Source: an uncultured Actinomycetes bacterium (GTDB lineage: Bacteria > Actinomycetota > Thermoleophilia > Gaiellales > JAICJC01). From it: a stretch of 64,000 nucleotides of DNA. The DNA lies in the NCBI GenBank assembly GCA_963757605.1, contig CAVWSF010000002.1, positions 146,619-210,618 on the forward strand, given 5' to 3'. A program made the translations under genes and the position numbers. This document shows positions 17,355 to 26,653 of the stretch, one piece after another (within the stretch, counting starts at the first letter, position 1; the number at the start of each line of letters is the position of its first letter). The notes below the pieces were generated by a model that saw only the letters and a list, made by a program, of their open reading frames with translations, was not told the DNA's origin and did no database searches.

Positions 17355-18194
17355 CTAGTCGACGTACGCGCCCATGTCGCGGAACTTGGCCCGCCGGGCC
17401 GCGCGCCGCTGCTGCGGGGGGATCGACGCCAGCACGTCGAGCTCCACCTGGATCGCGTCGGCGAGGAGCTCGGCCGCCTTGGCGTGGTCGCGGTGGGCGC
17501 CGCCCGACGGCTCCGACACGATCGCGTCGACGACCCCGAGGGCGAAGCAGGCGTCGGCGGTCGGGCGCAGGGCGGCGGCCGCGCGCCGGGCCTCGCCGGC
17601 GTCCTTCCACAGGATCGCCGCGCAGCCCTCGGGCGAGATCACGGTGTAGATCGCGTTGTGCTGCATGAGGACGCGGTCGGCGATCCCGAACGCCAGCGCG
17701 CCGCCGGAGGAGCCCTCGCCGATGACGCAGGCCACGACCGGCACGCGCAGCCCCATGAGCGTGAGCTGCGACCGCGCGATCGCGCCGGACTGGCCCCGCT
17801 CCTCCGCGCCGACTCCGGGAGCCGCCCCGGGCGTGTCGATCAGCGTGACGACCGGGAAGCCCAGCCGGGCCGCGATCGCGAAGACCCGCATCGCCTTGCG
17901 GTAGCCCTCGGGGCTCGGCATACCGAAGTTGCGGTGGGTGCGCTGCTTCAGATCGCGGCCCTTCTGGTGGCCGGCGAAGGCCACCGTCTGGCCGCGGAAC
18001 GAGCCGATCCCCGCGACCACCGCCGGGTCGTCACCCTCCGCGCGGTCGCCGTGCAGCTCCAGGAAGTCGTCGCACATCCGCGCCAGGTAGTCCAGCGTGT
18101 AGGGCCGGTCCTGATGGCGCGCGAGCTGGACGGCATGCCAGGCATCGCCGTCGCCGCGCCGGCGCAGGCGCCGGAATCGCTCAGTCGTCGCCAT
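17355..18194 (-). CDS. accA: Acetyl-CoA carboxylase carboxyltransferase alpha subunit
   Basis: Motifs LARHQDRPYTLDY, GHQKGRD and LIDTPGAAPG..EERGQ. Confidence 0.9.
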   Translation of the reverse strand: MATTERFRRLRRRGDGDAWHAVQLARHQDRPYTLDYLARMCDDFLELHGDRAEGDDPAVVAGIGSFRGQTVAFAGHQKGRDLKQRTHRNFGMPSPEGYRKAMRVFAIAARLGFPVVTLIDTPGAAPGVGAEERGQSGAIARSQLTLMGLRVPVVACVIGEGSSGGALAFGIADRVLMQHNAIYTVISPEGCAAILWKDAGEARRAAAALRPTADACFALGVVDAIVSEPSGGAHRDHAKAAELLADAIQVELDVLASIPPQQRRAARRAKFRDMGAYVD

Positions 18195-19155
18195 CGTCCC
18201 CGTCCCGGAACGGGTTCATGTCCGAGATCCGGCGCCGCATCCCCGAAACCGCCCGCGTGAGCGCGCCCATCGGGTCGAGGTCGCCGACCAGCACCGACGG
18301 CCGGTACGGCTGGCCGCCGGTGAGGAGCGCGAGCGCCCGGGCGACGGCGTCGCGAAGCTCCGGGCGGGGCACGATCAGGTCGACGTGGCCATGGCGGAAG
18401 TTCGACTCTGCCAGGCCGAAGTCGTCGGGCAGGTCCTCGCGCGTCGTCTGCTTCACCACCCGCGGCCCGGAGAACGAGAGCAGCGCCCCCGGCTCGGCGA
18501 TGATCACGTCGCCCAGCGCGGCGAAGCTGGCCGCGACGCCGCCGGTGGTCGGGTGGACGAGGACGGACACGAAGGGCCGGCCCGCCTCGCGCAGCTCGTC
18601 GACGGCCGAGACGGTCTTCGCCATCTGCATGAGCGCCAGGACGCCCTCCTGCATGCGCGCGCCGCCGGAGGCCGACACCGAGACGAGCGGCAGGCGCTGC
18701 TCGACCGCGAGGTCGGCGGCCCGCGCGAACTTCTCCCCCACCACCGACCCCATGCTGCCGCCGAGAAAGGAGAAGTCGAGGACGACGATGGCCGCCGCCG
18801 TGCCGCCGATCTCGCACGAGCCGGCGATCGCCGCGTCGCGAAGGCCGGTGGTGCGCTCGGCGGCGCGCAGCCGGTCGGGATACGGCTTCGAGTCGACGAA
18901 TTCGAGCGGGTCGTCGGAGTGCAGGCCGCGTGCGATCTCGCTGAAGCTGCCCTCGTCGGCGATCTGGACGATCCGCTCGCGCGCGGTCACCGGGAAGTGG
19001 TGCCCGCAGTTCGTGCACACCCGCAGGTTCGCCACCATCTCATCCTCGCGGTAGTGCGAGTTGCAGGTGGGGCAGGTGTTGCGCGTGCGCGGAGCCGGCT
19101 CGGGGGGCCCGGCGCCGTCCTGGCGGCTCACGTCAACGCTGATGTGGTCGGCCAC
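18181..19155 (-). CDS. accD: Acetyl-CoA carboxylase carboxyltransferase beta subunit (zinc-finger type)
   Basis: N-terminal zinc ribbon CPTCNSHY..VCTNCGHHF followed by a carboxyltransferase domain. The GTG start shares one base with the fabF stop. Confidence 0.9.
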   Translation of the reverse strand: MADHISVDVSRQDGAGPPEPAPRTRNTCPTCNSHYREDEMVANLRVCTNCGHHFPVTARERIVQIADEGSFSEIARGLHSDDPLEFVDSKPYPDRLRAAERTTGLRDAAIAGSCEIGGTAAAIVVLDFSFLGGSMGSVVGEKFARAADLAVEQRLPLVSVSASGGARMQEGVLALMQMAKTVSAVDELREAGRPFVSVLVHPTTGGVAASFAALGDVIIAEPGALLSFSGPRVVKQTTREDLPDDFGLAESNFRHGHVDLIVPRPELRDAVARALALLTGGQPYRPSVLVGDLDPMGALTRAVSGMRRRISDMNPFRDGDDGDD

Positions 19156-20423
19156 TACGAGGACCCTCCGTCATCCCAGCGGCCGAGCACGAGCACCGCG
19201 TTGTGGCCGCCGAACCCGAACGAGTTCGAGATCGCGATGCGGACGTCGGCGTCGCGGCCCTCGTTGGGCACGTAGTCGAGGTCGCACTCCGGGTCGGGGT
19301 CCGTCAGGTTGATCGTCGGCGGCACGAAGCCGTCGCGCATCGCCAGCACCGTGATCGCCGTCTCGACGGCGCCGGTGGCGCCGAGCATGTGGCCGGTCTC
19401 GCTCTTCGTCGAGGAGATCGGGATCTGCTTGGCCCGCTCGTCGCCGAGGGCGATCTTGAGCGCCCGCGTCTCGGCCGAGTCGCCCGCCGGGGTGGACGTG
19501 CCGTGCGCGTTCACGTAGCCGATGTCGGCGGGCGTCACGCCGGCGTCCTCCATCGCCATCGTCATCGCCCGGGCCGGGTTCGTCCCGACCGGGTCGGGCT
19601 CGGTGACGTGATGGGAGTCCGACGACATGCCGTAGCCCAGCACCTCGGCGTAGATCCGCGCGCCGCGCGCCTTCGCGCGCTCGAGCTCCTCGAGGACGAG
19701 GACGGTCGAGCCCTCCGAGAGGATGAACCCGTCCCGGCCGAGGTCGAAGGGCCGGCTCGCGCCCTCCGGGTCGTCGAGCCGGCGCGACAGCGCCCGCATC
19801 GTGCCGAACCCGCCCAGCGCGAGCAGCGTGATCGGCGACTCGACGCCGCCGGCCAGCATCGCGTCCGCCATGCCGGCGCGGATGTACATGGTCGCGTTCC
19901 CGAGCGACATGCCCGACGCGGCGCACGCGGTCGTCTCGGTGGTGAGCGGCCCTCGGGTGCCGAGCGCCATCGACGTCTCGGCCGCTCCCATGTTCGAGAT
20001 CAGCGCCGTCACCCAGAACGGGTTCAGCCGGTCGGGGCCGGCCTCGAAGAGCTTCTTGTAGGCCACCTCCTGGGTGATCAGGCCCCCGATACCCGTGCCG
20101 ATCGAGCATCCGATCCGCGCCGCGTCGGCGGCGACGTCGAGGTCGGCGTCGCGGACGGCCTGGGTCGCCGCGGCCACGGCGAGATGCGCGAACCGGTCGG
20201 TCTTGCGCGCGGTCTTCCGGTCGACGTACTCGAGGGGGTCGAAGTCCTTCACCTGCCCGGCGATGTCCGGGGTGCCCTCGGGCACCTCGATGCGCTCGAT
20301 GCGGGAGACCCCCGACCGCCCGGCCCTGACGCTCGTCCAGGTGTCCTCGATCGTGTTCCCGCACGGGGTGATGCCACCCAGGCCGGTGATGACCACCCGG
20401 CGGCGTCCGTTCTGCGTGCTCAT
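19155..20423 (-). CDS. fabF: 3-oxoacyl-ACP synthase II
   Basis: The active-site region is TACAASG, with HVTEPDP, NAHGTSTP and GHMLGATG also present. ATG 20423 overlaps the fabG stop (ATGA). Confidence 0.9.
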   Translation of the reverse strand: MSTQNGRRRVVITGLGGITPCGNTIEDTWTSVRAGRSGVSRIERIEVPEGTPDIAGQVKDFDPLEYVDRKTARKTDRFAHLAVAAATQAVRDADLDVAADAARIGCSIGTGIGGLITQEVAYKKLFEAGPDRLNPFWVTALISNMGAAETSMALGTRGPLTTETTACAASGMSLGNATMYIRAGMADAMLAGGVESPITLLALGGFGTMRALSRRLDDPEGASRPFDLGRDGFILSEGSTVLVLEELERAKARGARIYAEVLGYGMSSDSHHVTEPDPVGTNPARAMTMAMEDAGVTPADIGYVNAHGTSTPAGDSAETRALKIALGDERAKQIPISSTKSETGHMLGATGAVETAITVLAMRDGFVPPTINLTDPDPECDLDYVPNEGRDADVRIAISNSFGFGGHNAVLVLGRWDDGGSS

Positions 20424-21163
20424 GTCCCCAGTCCTCCGTCCACGGCCAGCACGTGGCCCGTCACGAACGCGGCCGCGTCCGAGACGAGGAACCGCACCGC
20501 GCGGGCCACGTCGTCGGTCGTCCCCAGCCGCCCGAGCGGCGTCGACTTCAGGATCGCGTCGCGGGCCGGCTCCGGGAGCGCGTCCGTGAGCTCGGTCGAG
20601 ATGTACCCCGGAGCAACGGCGTTCACGCGGATGCCGCGGCTGCCGAGCTCCTTCGCGAGCGACTTGGTGAGCCCGATCAGGCCCGCCTTCGACGCGGCGT
20701 AGTTGGTCTGGCCGGCATTCCCGTGGAGGCCGACGACCGACGACATGTTCACGATCGTTCCGGCCCGGCGCTTCAGCATCGGCCGGGCGACCGCGCGGCA
20801 CGTGAAGAACGTCCCGCTCAGGTTCGTGTCGATCACGTCGCGCCAGTCGCTCTCGTCGAGCTTCATGATGAGGTTGTCACGCGTGATCCCGGCGTTGTTC
20901 ACGAGGATGGCGATCGGCCCGACCTCCAACTCGACCTGATCGACGAGCCCCGTGGCCCCGTCGGGAGTCGAGATGTCGCCGCGGATGGCGTGCGCACCGT
21001 CGCCGATCGCCGCCCTGACGGCCTCGGCCGCCTCGGCGTTGGCCGCGTAGTTGACGACCACCTCCGCCCCGGCGTGCGCCAGCTCGGCGCACACCGCGGC
21101 CCCGATGCCGCGCGATCCGCCGGTGACGAGCGCCACCCGGCCTTCGAGGTCACGATCCGGCAA
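20420..21163 (-). CDS. fabG: 3-oxoacyl-ACP reductase
   Basis: SDR motifs are TGGSRGIG, NNAG and YAASKAG. Its position in the fab cluster supports the call. Confidence 0.9.
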   Translation of the reverse strand: MPDRDLEGRVALVTGGSRGIGAAVCAELAHAGAEVVVNYAANAEAAEAVRAAIGDGAHAIRGDISTPDGATGLVDQVELEVGPIAILVNNAGITRDNLIMKLDESDWRDVIDTNLSGTFFTCRAVARPMLKRRAGTIVNMSSVVGLHGNAGQTNYAASKAGLIGLTKSLAKELGSRGIRVNAVAPGYISTELTDALPEPARDAILKSTPLGRLGTTDDVARAVRFLVSDAAAFVTGHVLAVDGGLGT

Positions 21164-22070
21164 GGCTCGCCTCCGCCGCCGAGAGCTCCTCCGGCGTGCC
21201 GATCGAGACGGCGGTGACCGAGCGGTCGATCCGCTTCACGAGCCCGCCCAGCACCCCGCCCGGGCCGATCTCGACGAACGTGCGGACGCCATCGGAAAGC
21301 AGGCCCTGCACCGCTTGCGTGAACCGCACGGGCGCCGTCACCTGCTCCACCAGGAGCCCCGGGATCCGGTCGACGGTCTCGAGCTTCGACGACACGGTCG
21401 ACATGAGCCGCGTCTTCAGCTCGCCGAACTGGGCGGCCCGGATGACCGGCTCGAGCCGCTGGGCGGCGTCCTCGACGAGCGGGCTGTGGAAGGCGCCGGA
21501 CACGCGCAGCCGCACCACCTTCCCGCCCAGCTCGCGGGCCCTCTCGGCGACGGCGGCGACCCCGCCCTCGCGGCCCGAGATCACGAGCTGGCCGGGGCAG
21601 TTGTAGTTCGCCGGCCACACGTCACCCGCCTCAGCACAGAGCCGCTCGACCTCTTCGTCGGCCAGCCCGAGGACGGCGGCCATCGCGCCCTTGGCGCGCG
21701 ACGCGGCCATCGCCAGGCCGCGCTCGCGGACGAGCCGCGTCACGAGCCCCACGTTCACCGACTCGGCGGCCGCGATCGCCGCGTACTCGCCGACGCTATG
21801 GCCGATCACCACGTCCGGCTTCACGCCCAGCCGCCCCTGCACCGCGCGCAGGGCCGCCAGCGACGCCGTGACGAGCGCGGGCTGGGTGATGTCGGTCTCG
21901 GAGAGGCGCTCGATCGGCCCTTCGAAGCACACCTTCCGCAGGTCGAAGTCGACCTCCTCGGAGGCCTCGTCGAACACCGCCGCGGCCTCGGGGAACTCCC
22001 GGGCCATGTCCCTGCCCATGCCCACGCGCTGGCTCCCCTGTCCCGGGAAGCAGAACGCGACCTTGTTCAT
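21150..22070 (-). CDS. fabD: Malonyl-CoA:ACP transacylase
   Basis: Motifs FPGQGSQRVGMG and GHSVGEY. ATG 22070 follows AGGAGG and overlaps the fabH stop (ATGA). Confidence 0.9.
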   Translation of the reverse strand: MNKVAFCFPGQGSQRVGMGRDMAREFPEAAAVFDEASEEVDFDLRKVCFEGPIERLSETDITQPALVTASLAALRAVQGRLGVKPDVVIGHSVGEYAAIAAAESVNVGLVTRLVRERGLAMAASRAKGAMAAVLGLADEEVERLCAEAGDVWPANYNCPGQLVISGREGGVAAVAERARELGGKVVRLRVSGAFHSPLVEDAAQRLEPVIRAAQFGELKTRLMSTVSSKLETVDRIPGLLVEQVTAPVRFTQAVQGLLSDGVRTFVEIGPGGVLGGLVKRIDRSVTAVSIGTPEELSAAEASLAGS

Positions 22071-23068
22071 CGTGCCTCCTTCTGAGGGAGTGTCCATTCC
22101 ATCACGCACGAGCCCCAGGAGAGCCCGCCTCCGAAGCCGGTCATGAGCACCACGTCGCCGGCCTTGATCCGCCCGTCCGCATGCGCCTCTTCGAGGCAGA
22201 TCGGGATGGACGCCGCCGACGTGTTGCCGAACCGGTCGACGTTCGTCACGACCTTGTCCTCCGAGAGGCCCAGCCGCCGGGCGGCGTGGTCGATGATGCG
22301 CCGGTTGGCCTGGTGCGGCACGAAGACGTCGACGTCCGCCACGGTCAGCCCCGCCGCCGTGAGCGCCCGCGTCGCCGAGTCGACCGAGACGGTCGTGGCG
22401 AACTTGTAGACCTGCGCCCCGTCCATGTGGACGTACGGGTCGGCAGCCGGGTCGGCCGGGTGCCCGGCCGCGGCCACCTCGAGCAGCCCGCCGCCCGACC
22501 CGTCGGAGCCGAGCTCGAAACCGAGGATCCCGGTGCTCGACCCGTTCCGTGCCAGGACCACGGCCCCGGCGCCGTCGCCGAAGAGCACGCAGGTCGAGCG
22601 GTCACTCCAGTCCAGGAGGCGCGAGAAGACCTCGGTCCCGACCACGAGCACACGCTCGGCCAGGCCCGAGCTCAGCTGGCCATACGCCTGCGCCAGCGCG
22701 TAGACGAAGCCGGTGCAGGCGGCCGAGAGGTCGTAGCCGGGCACGCCGCGCGCGCCGACCTGCTCGCCGATGAGCGTCGCCGTCGCCGGGAAGTAGAAGT
22801 CGGGGCTGGCGGTGGCCGTGACGATCAGGTCGAGGTCGGAGCCCGCCATCCCGGCGCTCGCGAGGGCGCGCTCGGCCGCCGCGGCGCCAAGCACCGCCGC
22901 CGACTCGCCGTCGGCCGCGATCCGGCGCTGGCGGATGCCCGTGCGCGACGCGATCCACTCGTCGGACGTCTCGACCATCGTCGCGATCTCGTCGTTCGTC
23001 ATCACGCGCTCGGGCAGGCGAGAGCCCACGCCGACCACGTCGACCCCGCGCTCGCAGGTGGCGATCAC
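22067..23068 (-). CDS. fabH: 3-oxoacyl-ACP synthase III
   Basis: Motifs [23 protein letters not shown] and [12 protein letters not shown] 23068 overlaps the fabZ stop (GTGA). Confidence 0.9.
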   Translation of the reverse strand: MIATCERGVDVVGVGSRLPERVMTNDEIATMVETSDEWIASRTGIRQRRIAADGESAAVLGAAAAERALASAGMAGSDLDLIVTATASPDFYFPATATLIGEQVGARGVPGYDLSAACTGFVYALAQAYGQLSSGLAERVLVVGTEVFSRLLDWSDRSTCVLFGDGAGAVVLARNGSSTGILGFELGSDGSGGGLLEVAAAGHPADPAADPYVHMDGAQVYKFATTVSVDSATRALTAAGLTVADVDVFVPHQANRRIIDHAARRLGLSEDKVVTNVDRFGNTSAASIPICLEEAHADGRIKAGDVVLMTGFGGGLSWGSCVMEWTLPQKEAR

Positions 23069-23523
23069 TCGATCTCCCCCTCGACGAGCGCGAACGTCAG
23101 GGTGCCGCGGCAGGCCAGCTCGTCGCCGACCTTCGCCTCGGCGTCGGCCCGGCCGATCGGCCCGCGCAGGCGCGTGATCTCGCAATGAAGGTCGAGCGTG
23201 TCGCCGGGGCGGACGACCCGCTTGAAGCGCACGTCGTCGATGCCGGCGAAGAGCACGAGTCGGCCGGCGAAATCGGGGTGCGCCAGGCCGCAGATCGCAC
23301 CGACCTGGGCCAGCGCCTCCACCTGGAGCACGCCAGGCATGATCGGGTTCCCCGGGAAGTGCCCGGCCAGATACCAGGCGTCGTCGCGCACGTGGTAGCT
23401 GCCGACCGCTCGAACGCCGGCCTCGAGCTCGGTGATCTCGTCGACGAGGAGGAAAGGCTCTCGGTGCGGGATGATGTCGCAGATCGCGTCGCGGCCCAGC
23501 GGCAGCGCGCCGCCTGCGATCAC
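23065..23523 (-). CDS. fabZ: 3-hydroxyacyl-ACP dehydratase
   Basis: Motifs [31 protein letters not shown] and a hot-dog fold. GTG 23523 overlaps the sigma-factor stop (GTGA). Confidence 0.85.
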   Translation of the reverse strand: MIAGGALPLGRDAICDIIPHREPFLLVDEITELEAGVRAVGSYHVRDDAWYLAGHFPGNPIMPGVLQVEALAQVGAICGLAHPDFAGRLVLFAGIDDVRFKRVVRPGDTLDLHCEITRLRGPIGRADAEAKVGDELACRGTLTFALVEGEIE

Positions 23524-24146
23524 CCCGCGGCCGCGCGCGCTGCCGGCTCGAGCACCCGGCGCATGCGGGCCCGGCCGCGGTGGGCGTGACATTTCACCGT
23601 CCCCACCGGCATGCCCATCTCCTGGGCGATCTCCTCGTAGGAGAGCTGCAGCACGTCCTTCAGCACCATCACCCGGCGCTGGTCGTCCGAGAGCGCGCGC
23701 ATGCACTCCGCCAGGTGCCGGCGCTGGTCGCGCCACTCCGCCGCCTCCTGCGGGATCTCGTCGCTCGCGAACTCCGCCGCCTGGTCGAGCGGCTGGTGGC
23801 GACGCCGGCGCTGGCGCTCGCCCAGGTCGCGGCACGTGTTCGAGACGAGGCTGTAGAGCCACGTCTGGAACCGAGCCTCCCCCCGAAATTGGCCGATGCG
23901 GGTGCAAAGCTTTGCGAGCGCCTCCTGGGCGGCGTCCTCAGCGTCCTCGTGATCCGAGAGCAGGTACCCGGCCAACCGCCGCACGCCAGGTGCATGGCGC
24001 TCGACCAGCGTCTCCAGCGCGCGGTCGTCGCCGTCCTTGGCGCGAACCGCAAGCACCAGATCCGACAGGCCTGCATACGCCGGCTGGTCACGTACCCGAT
24101 CTCGGAGGACTAGACGCGCCTCCGCCCGTTTGGGTTGCGGGAACAT
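23520..24146 (-). CDS. ECF-type sigma-70 family sigma factor
   Basis: The region 2 segment is [25 protein letters not shown]. The region 4 segment is [25 protein letters not shown]. The start is ATG 24146 or an internal GTG at 24056. Confidence 0.85.
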   Translation of the reverse strand: MFPQPKRAEARLVLRDRVRDQPAYAGLSDLVLAVRAKDGDDRALETLVERHAPGVRRLAGYLLSDHEDAEDAAQEALAKLCTRIGQFRGEARFQTWLYSLVSNTCRDLGERQRRRRHQPLDQAAEFASDEIPQEAAEWRDQRRHLAECMRALSDDQRRVMVLKDVLQLSYEEIAQEMGMPVGTVKCHAHRGRARMRRVLEPAARAAAG

Positions 24147-24166
24147 GCGGGCGTTATCCTAGTTCC

Positions 24167-24889
24167 ATGGGAGAGGGGACGTTGCGTGCGGACGCGGTCG
24201 TCCCTCTTCTTCGCGGCGCCTTCGGCCACCCCTACGTCTGGCACGAGACATGCCCGTCGACGCAGGAGCTGGCTCGCGGGATGCCCGAGGGCGGCGTGGC
24301 GGCCTGCGAGGAGCAGACGGCCGGCCGTGGCCGCCGCGGCCGGGCGTGGACGAGCCCGCGCGGCGCGGGCCTGCTCTTCTCGCTCGCGCTTCACCCGCGT
24401 ACGCCGCCGGAGCGGCTGCCGCCGCTGACGCTCGTCGTCGCCGGCGCGGTGGCCGAGGCGGCCTGGCCCGAGGCGGCGGTGCGGTGGCCGAACGACGTCG
24501 TGGTGGAGGGCCGAAAGCTCGCCGGCATCCTGGCCGAGGTGCGACACGGCGAGGCCGTGGTCGGGATCGGGGTGAATGCGAACCACGACGCGGGCGACCT
24601 GCCGCCCGACGCCCGGGTCGCTCCGACGTCGCTTCGGCTGCTCCGCGGGGAGCCGGTCGACCGGGCGGCGCTCCTGGCCGACATCCTCGTGGCGGTCGAG
24701 GCCCGCTACCGGGCGTTCGAGCGGGACGGGTTCTCGGGCCTCGAGCGCGACGACCTGCACGGACGGCAGGTGCGGCTCGCCGGCGGCGCCGAGGGCCGAA
24801 GCGACGGCGTGGACTCGCAGGGGCGGCTGGTGGTCGCGGGCGTCCCCCACACCGCCGACGAGGTGACCGCCGTTGACGTCAGCCGCTGA
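24167..24889 (+). CDS. birA: Biotin-[acetyl-CoA-carboxylase] ligase (no N-terminal HTH)
   Basis: Motifs QTAGRGRRGRAWTSP and WPNDVVVEGRKLAGILAE. ATG 24167 lies within ORF 23432..24889. Confidence 0.85.
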   Translation: MGEGTLRADAVVPLLRGAFGHPYVWHETCPSTQELARGMPEGGVAACEEQTAGRGRRGRAWTSPRGAGLLFSLALHPRTPPERLPPLTLVVAGAVAEAAWPEAAVRWPNDVVVEGRKLAGILAEVRHGEAVVGIGVNANHDAGDLPPDARVAPTSLRLLRGEPVDRAALLADILVAVEARYRAFERDGFSGLERDDLHGRQVRLAGGAEGRSDGVDSQGRLVVAGVPHTADEVTAVDVSR

Positions 24890-26579
24890 GCAGCGCGTGC
24901 ACCGCGTCCACGGCGGCCGCACCCGGGAAGGTGTAGCGCGCCCGCATCCGGGCCTGCGACGACCCGGAGTCCCAGCTCGCGAACGTGTGCCCGGCCGCGG
25001 CGACCCGCACCTTGCACGACTGGCCCGGGGCGCCGGTGCACGAGCCGGCGTCGACCCACGAGCCCGAGCCGAAGTCCCAGAGCGCGATGTCGACCGACCC
25101 GCCCCCGGTCGTGGCGACGCTGGCGCCGGCCAGGGTGCCGGCGAGCGCGACGGGTCGGGTCGTCGCGATGCCGAAGTCGGCCACGAGCTCCGTCCGCGGA
25201 TCGCCGCCCGCGGGTGCCAGCTCAACCGTGGAGCCGTCGGGATGGGCAAGGTCGGCCAGGTTCCCGGAGGTGGCCGAGCCCCGTGTGGCCGCGAACCCGT
25301 CGGGCGGCGCGCGCAGCCCCCACAGCGGCAGCGCGCCCAGGACGCCCGAGAACTCCCGCGCACCGGGCGCCGAGGTCGTCCACGTGTAGGTGCCGCCGGG
25401 GAGGACACCCGCGCGGCCCGGCCATGTCCAGCGGATGTGGCGGTTCGTGTGTCGGCGGCGAGCGACCACGTGCCCGCCGGGGGCACGGATCGTGAGCGTG
25501 AAGGGCGTCAGGTGCGAGAACTTGGCCCGCATGAGGAGCGGGAGCGCGGCATCGGGGGCGATCCGGTGCAGGTTCGGCTCGTGGCGCGGCGCCCAGATCT
25601 TCGGCAGGCCGATCGACACCGCCGCCGCTCTGATGCGCGGCAGCAGGGCATAGAGCGCCGAGCCGGGGCAGGACGTCGGGAATCCGTCGCGGTGGCCGGA
25701 CACGGCGTTGAACATGACGTGGCGCCCACGGCTGTAGCGCGGGTTCCCCGACGACACCATCTCGACCCTGGCCACCGGGTTCACGTGCGCCACGTCGAGC
25801 CGCCAGGCGATCAGGTGCTCGAGCGCGGCGACGGCGGTGTGCGGCGGCCGCGCCGAGGTGTAGGTGCCGATGACGGCGATCCCGGACGAGCCCGCGTTGA
25901 AGCCCTTCGTCTGCGCGCCGAGCACCGGCTTCGTCATGCCGCCGTAGCGGCCCTCGAAGACGGTGCCGCACTTGTCGACGAGGAAGTTGTACCCGATGTC
26001 GTTCCAGCCGTTCACGCGCACGTGGTAGGCGTAGATGCCGCGCACGATCCGGGCCGAGTCCGAGCAGGGCGCCGAGGTCGCCGTGTCGGTGTGGTGCACG
26101 AAGACCATCTCGAGCGCTGAGGCGTAGACGGGCGGCGCCCGCCGCATCGACTCGTCGGCGTGCCACCCCGCACGCGTCACGATCCGCGGCCGCACGGCCA
26201 GCGCCGGCACGAGCGTGCCCGGCCGCGGCGAGGCCACGGGCGGGCTGGTCACGAACGTGACCCTGACGCCGCGCACCCGGCCCGACCGCTGGAGGCGAAC
26301 GCGCCGGGCCGGCCCCACCCAGACGGGCTCCGTCCGCGTGAGCGCCACCCAGCGCGTCCACGTCCCCGACGTACGCAGGGCCTGGAGCCGCACCGTCCCC
26401 GGCCCGCGCCAGTGGACACCCACGAGCTGGAACGTGTGCCCGGCCCGGACGGCGTGCCCGAACGGGCGGGCGAGGTCAGAGGACTGCGCGAGCCGGACGG
26501 GACCGCCGGCCAGCGCGACCGGAGCCCCGGCGAGCGAGCCGAGAACCACCACCGCCAGACATGCCGCTCGACCGCCCAC
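24879..26579 (-). CDS. Secreted N-acetylmuramoyl-L-alanine amidase (Amidase_2/PGRP domain) with C-terminal extension
   Basis: Signal peptide ..VVVLGSLAGAPVALAG. Motifs VFVHHTDT, WNDIGYNFLVDKCG and SGHRD..TSCPG. Confidence 0.85.
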   Translation of the reverse strand: MGGRAACLAVVVLGSLAGAPVALAGGPVRLAQSSDLARPFGHAVRAGHTFQLVGVHWRGPGTVRLQALRTSGTWTRWVALTRTEPVWVGPARRVRLQRSGRVRGVRVTFVTSPPVASPRPGTLVPALAVRPRIVTRAGWHADESMRRAPPVYASALEMVFVHHTDTATSAPCSDSARIVRGIYAYHVRVNGWNDIGYNFLVDKCGTVFEGRYGGMTKPVLGAQTKGFNAGSSGIAVIGTYTSARPPHTAVAALEHLIAWRLDVAHVNPVARVEMVSSGNPRYSRGRHVMFNAVSGHRDGFPTSCPGSALYALLPRIRAAAVSIGLPKIWAPRHEPNLHRIAPDAALPLLMRAKFSHLTPFTLTIRAPGGHVVARRRHTNRHIRWTWPGRAGVLPGGTYTWTTSAPGAREFSGVLGALPLWGLRAPPDGFAATRGSATSGNLADLAHPDGSTVELAPAGGDPRTELVADFGIATTRPVALAGTLAGASVATTGGGSVDIALWDFGSGSWVDAGSCTGAPGQSCKVRVAAAGHTFASWDSGSSQARMRARYTFPGAAAVDAVHALLSG

Positions 26580-26653
26580 GCCCAGCCCGCATTATCGGCC
26601 TCGCCACAAAACCCTGCGAATTGTGCCGGTAAGATTTATGTGAAGGCACCCGG

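Noticed and set aside
15235-17610. A 791-aa minus-strand ORF that would fuse the accA antisense region and both antiporters.
   Set aside because: The N-terminal about 445 aa are Arg/Gly/Pro-rich shadow sequence read out of frame through copy 1. Only the C-terminal part, from GTG 16275, is a complete CaCA protein (copy 2). Copy 1 is the separate ORF 16272..17327 in another frame.
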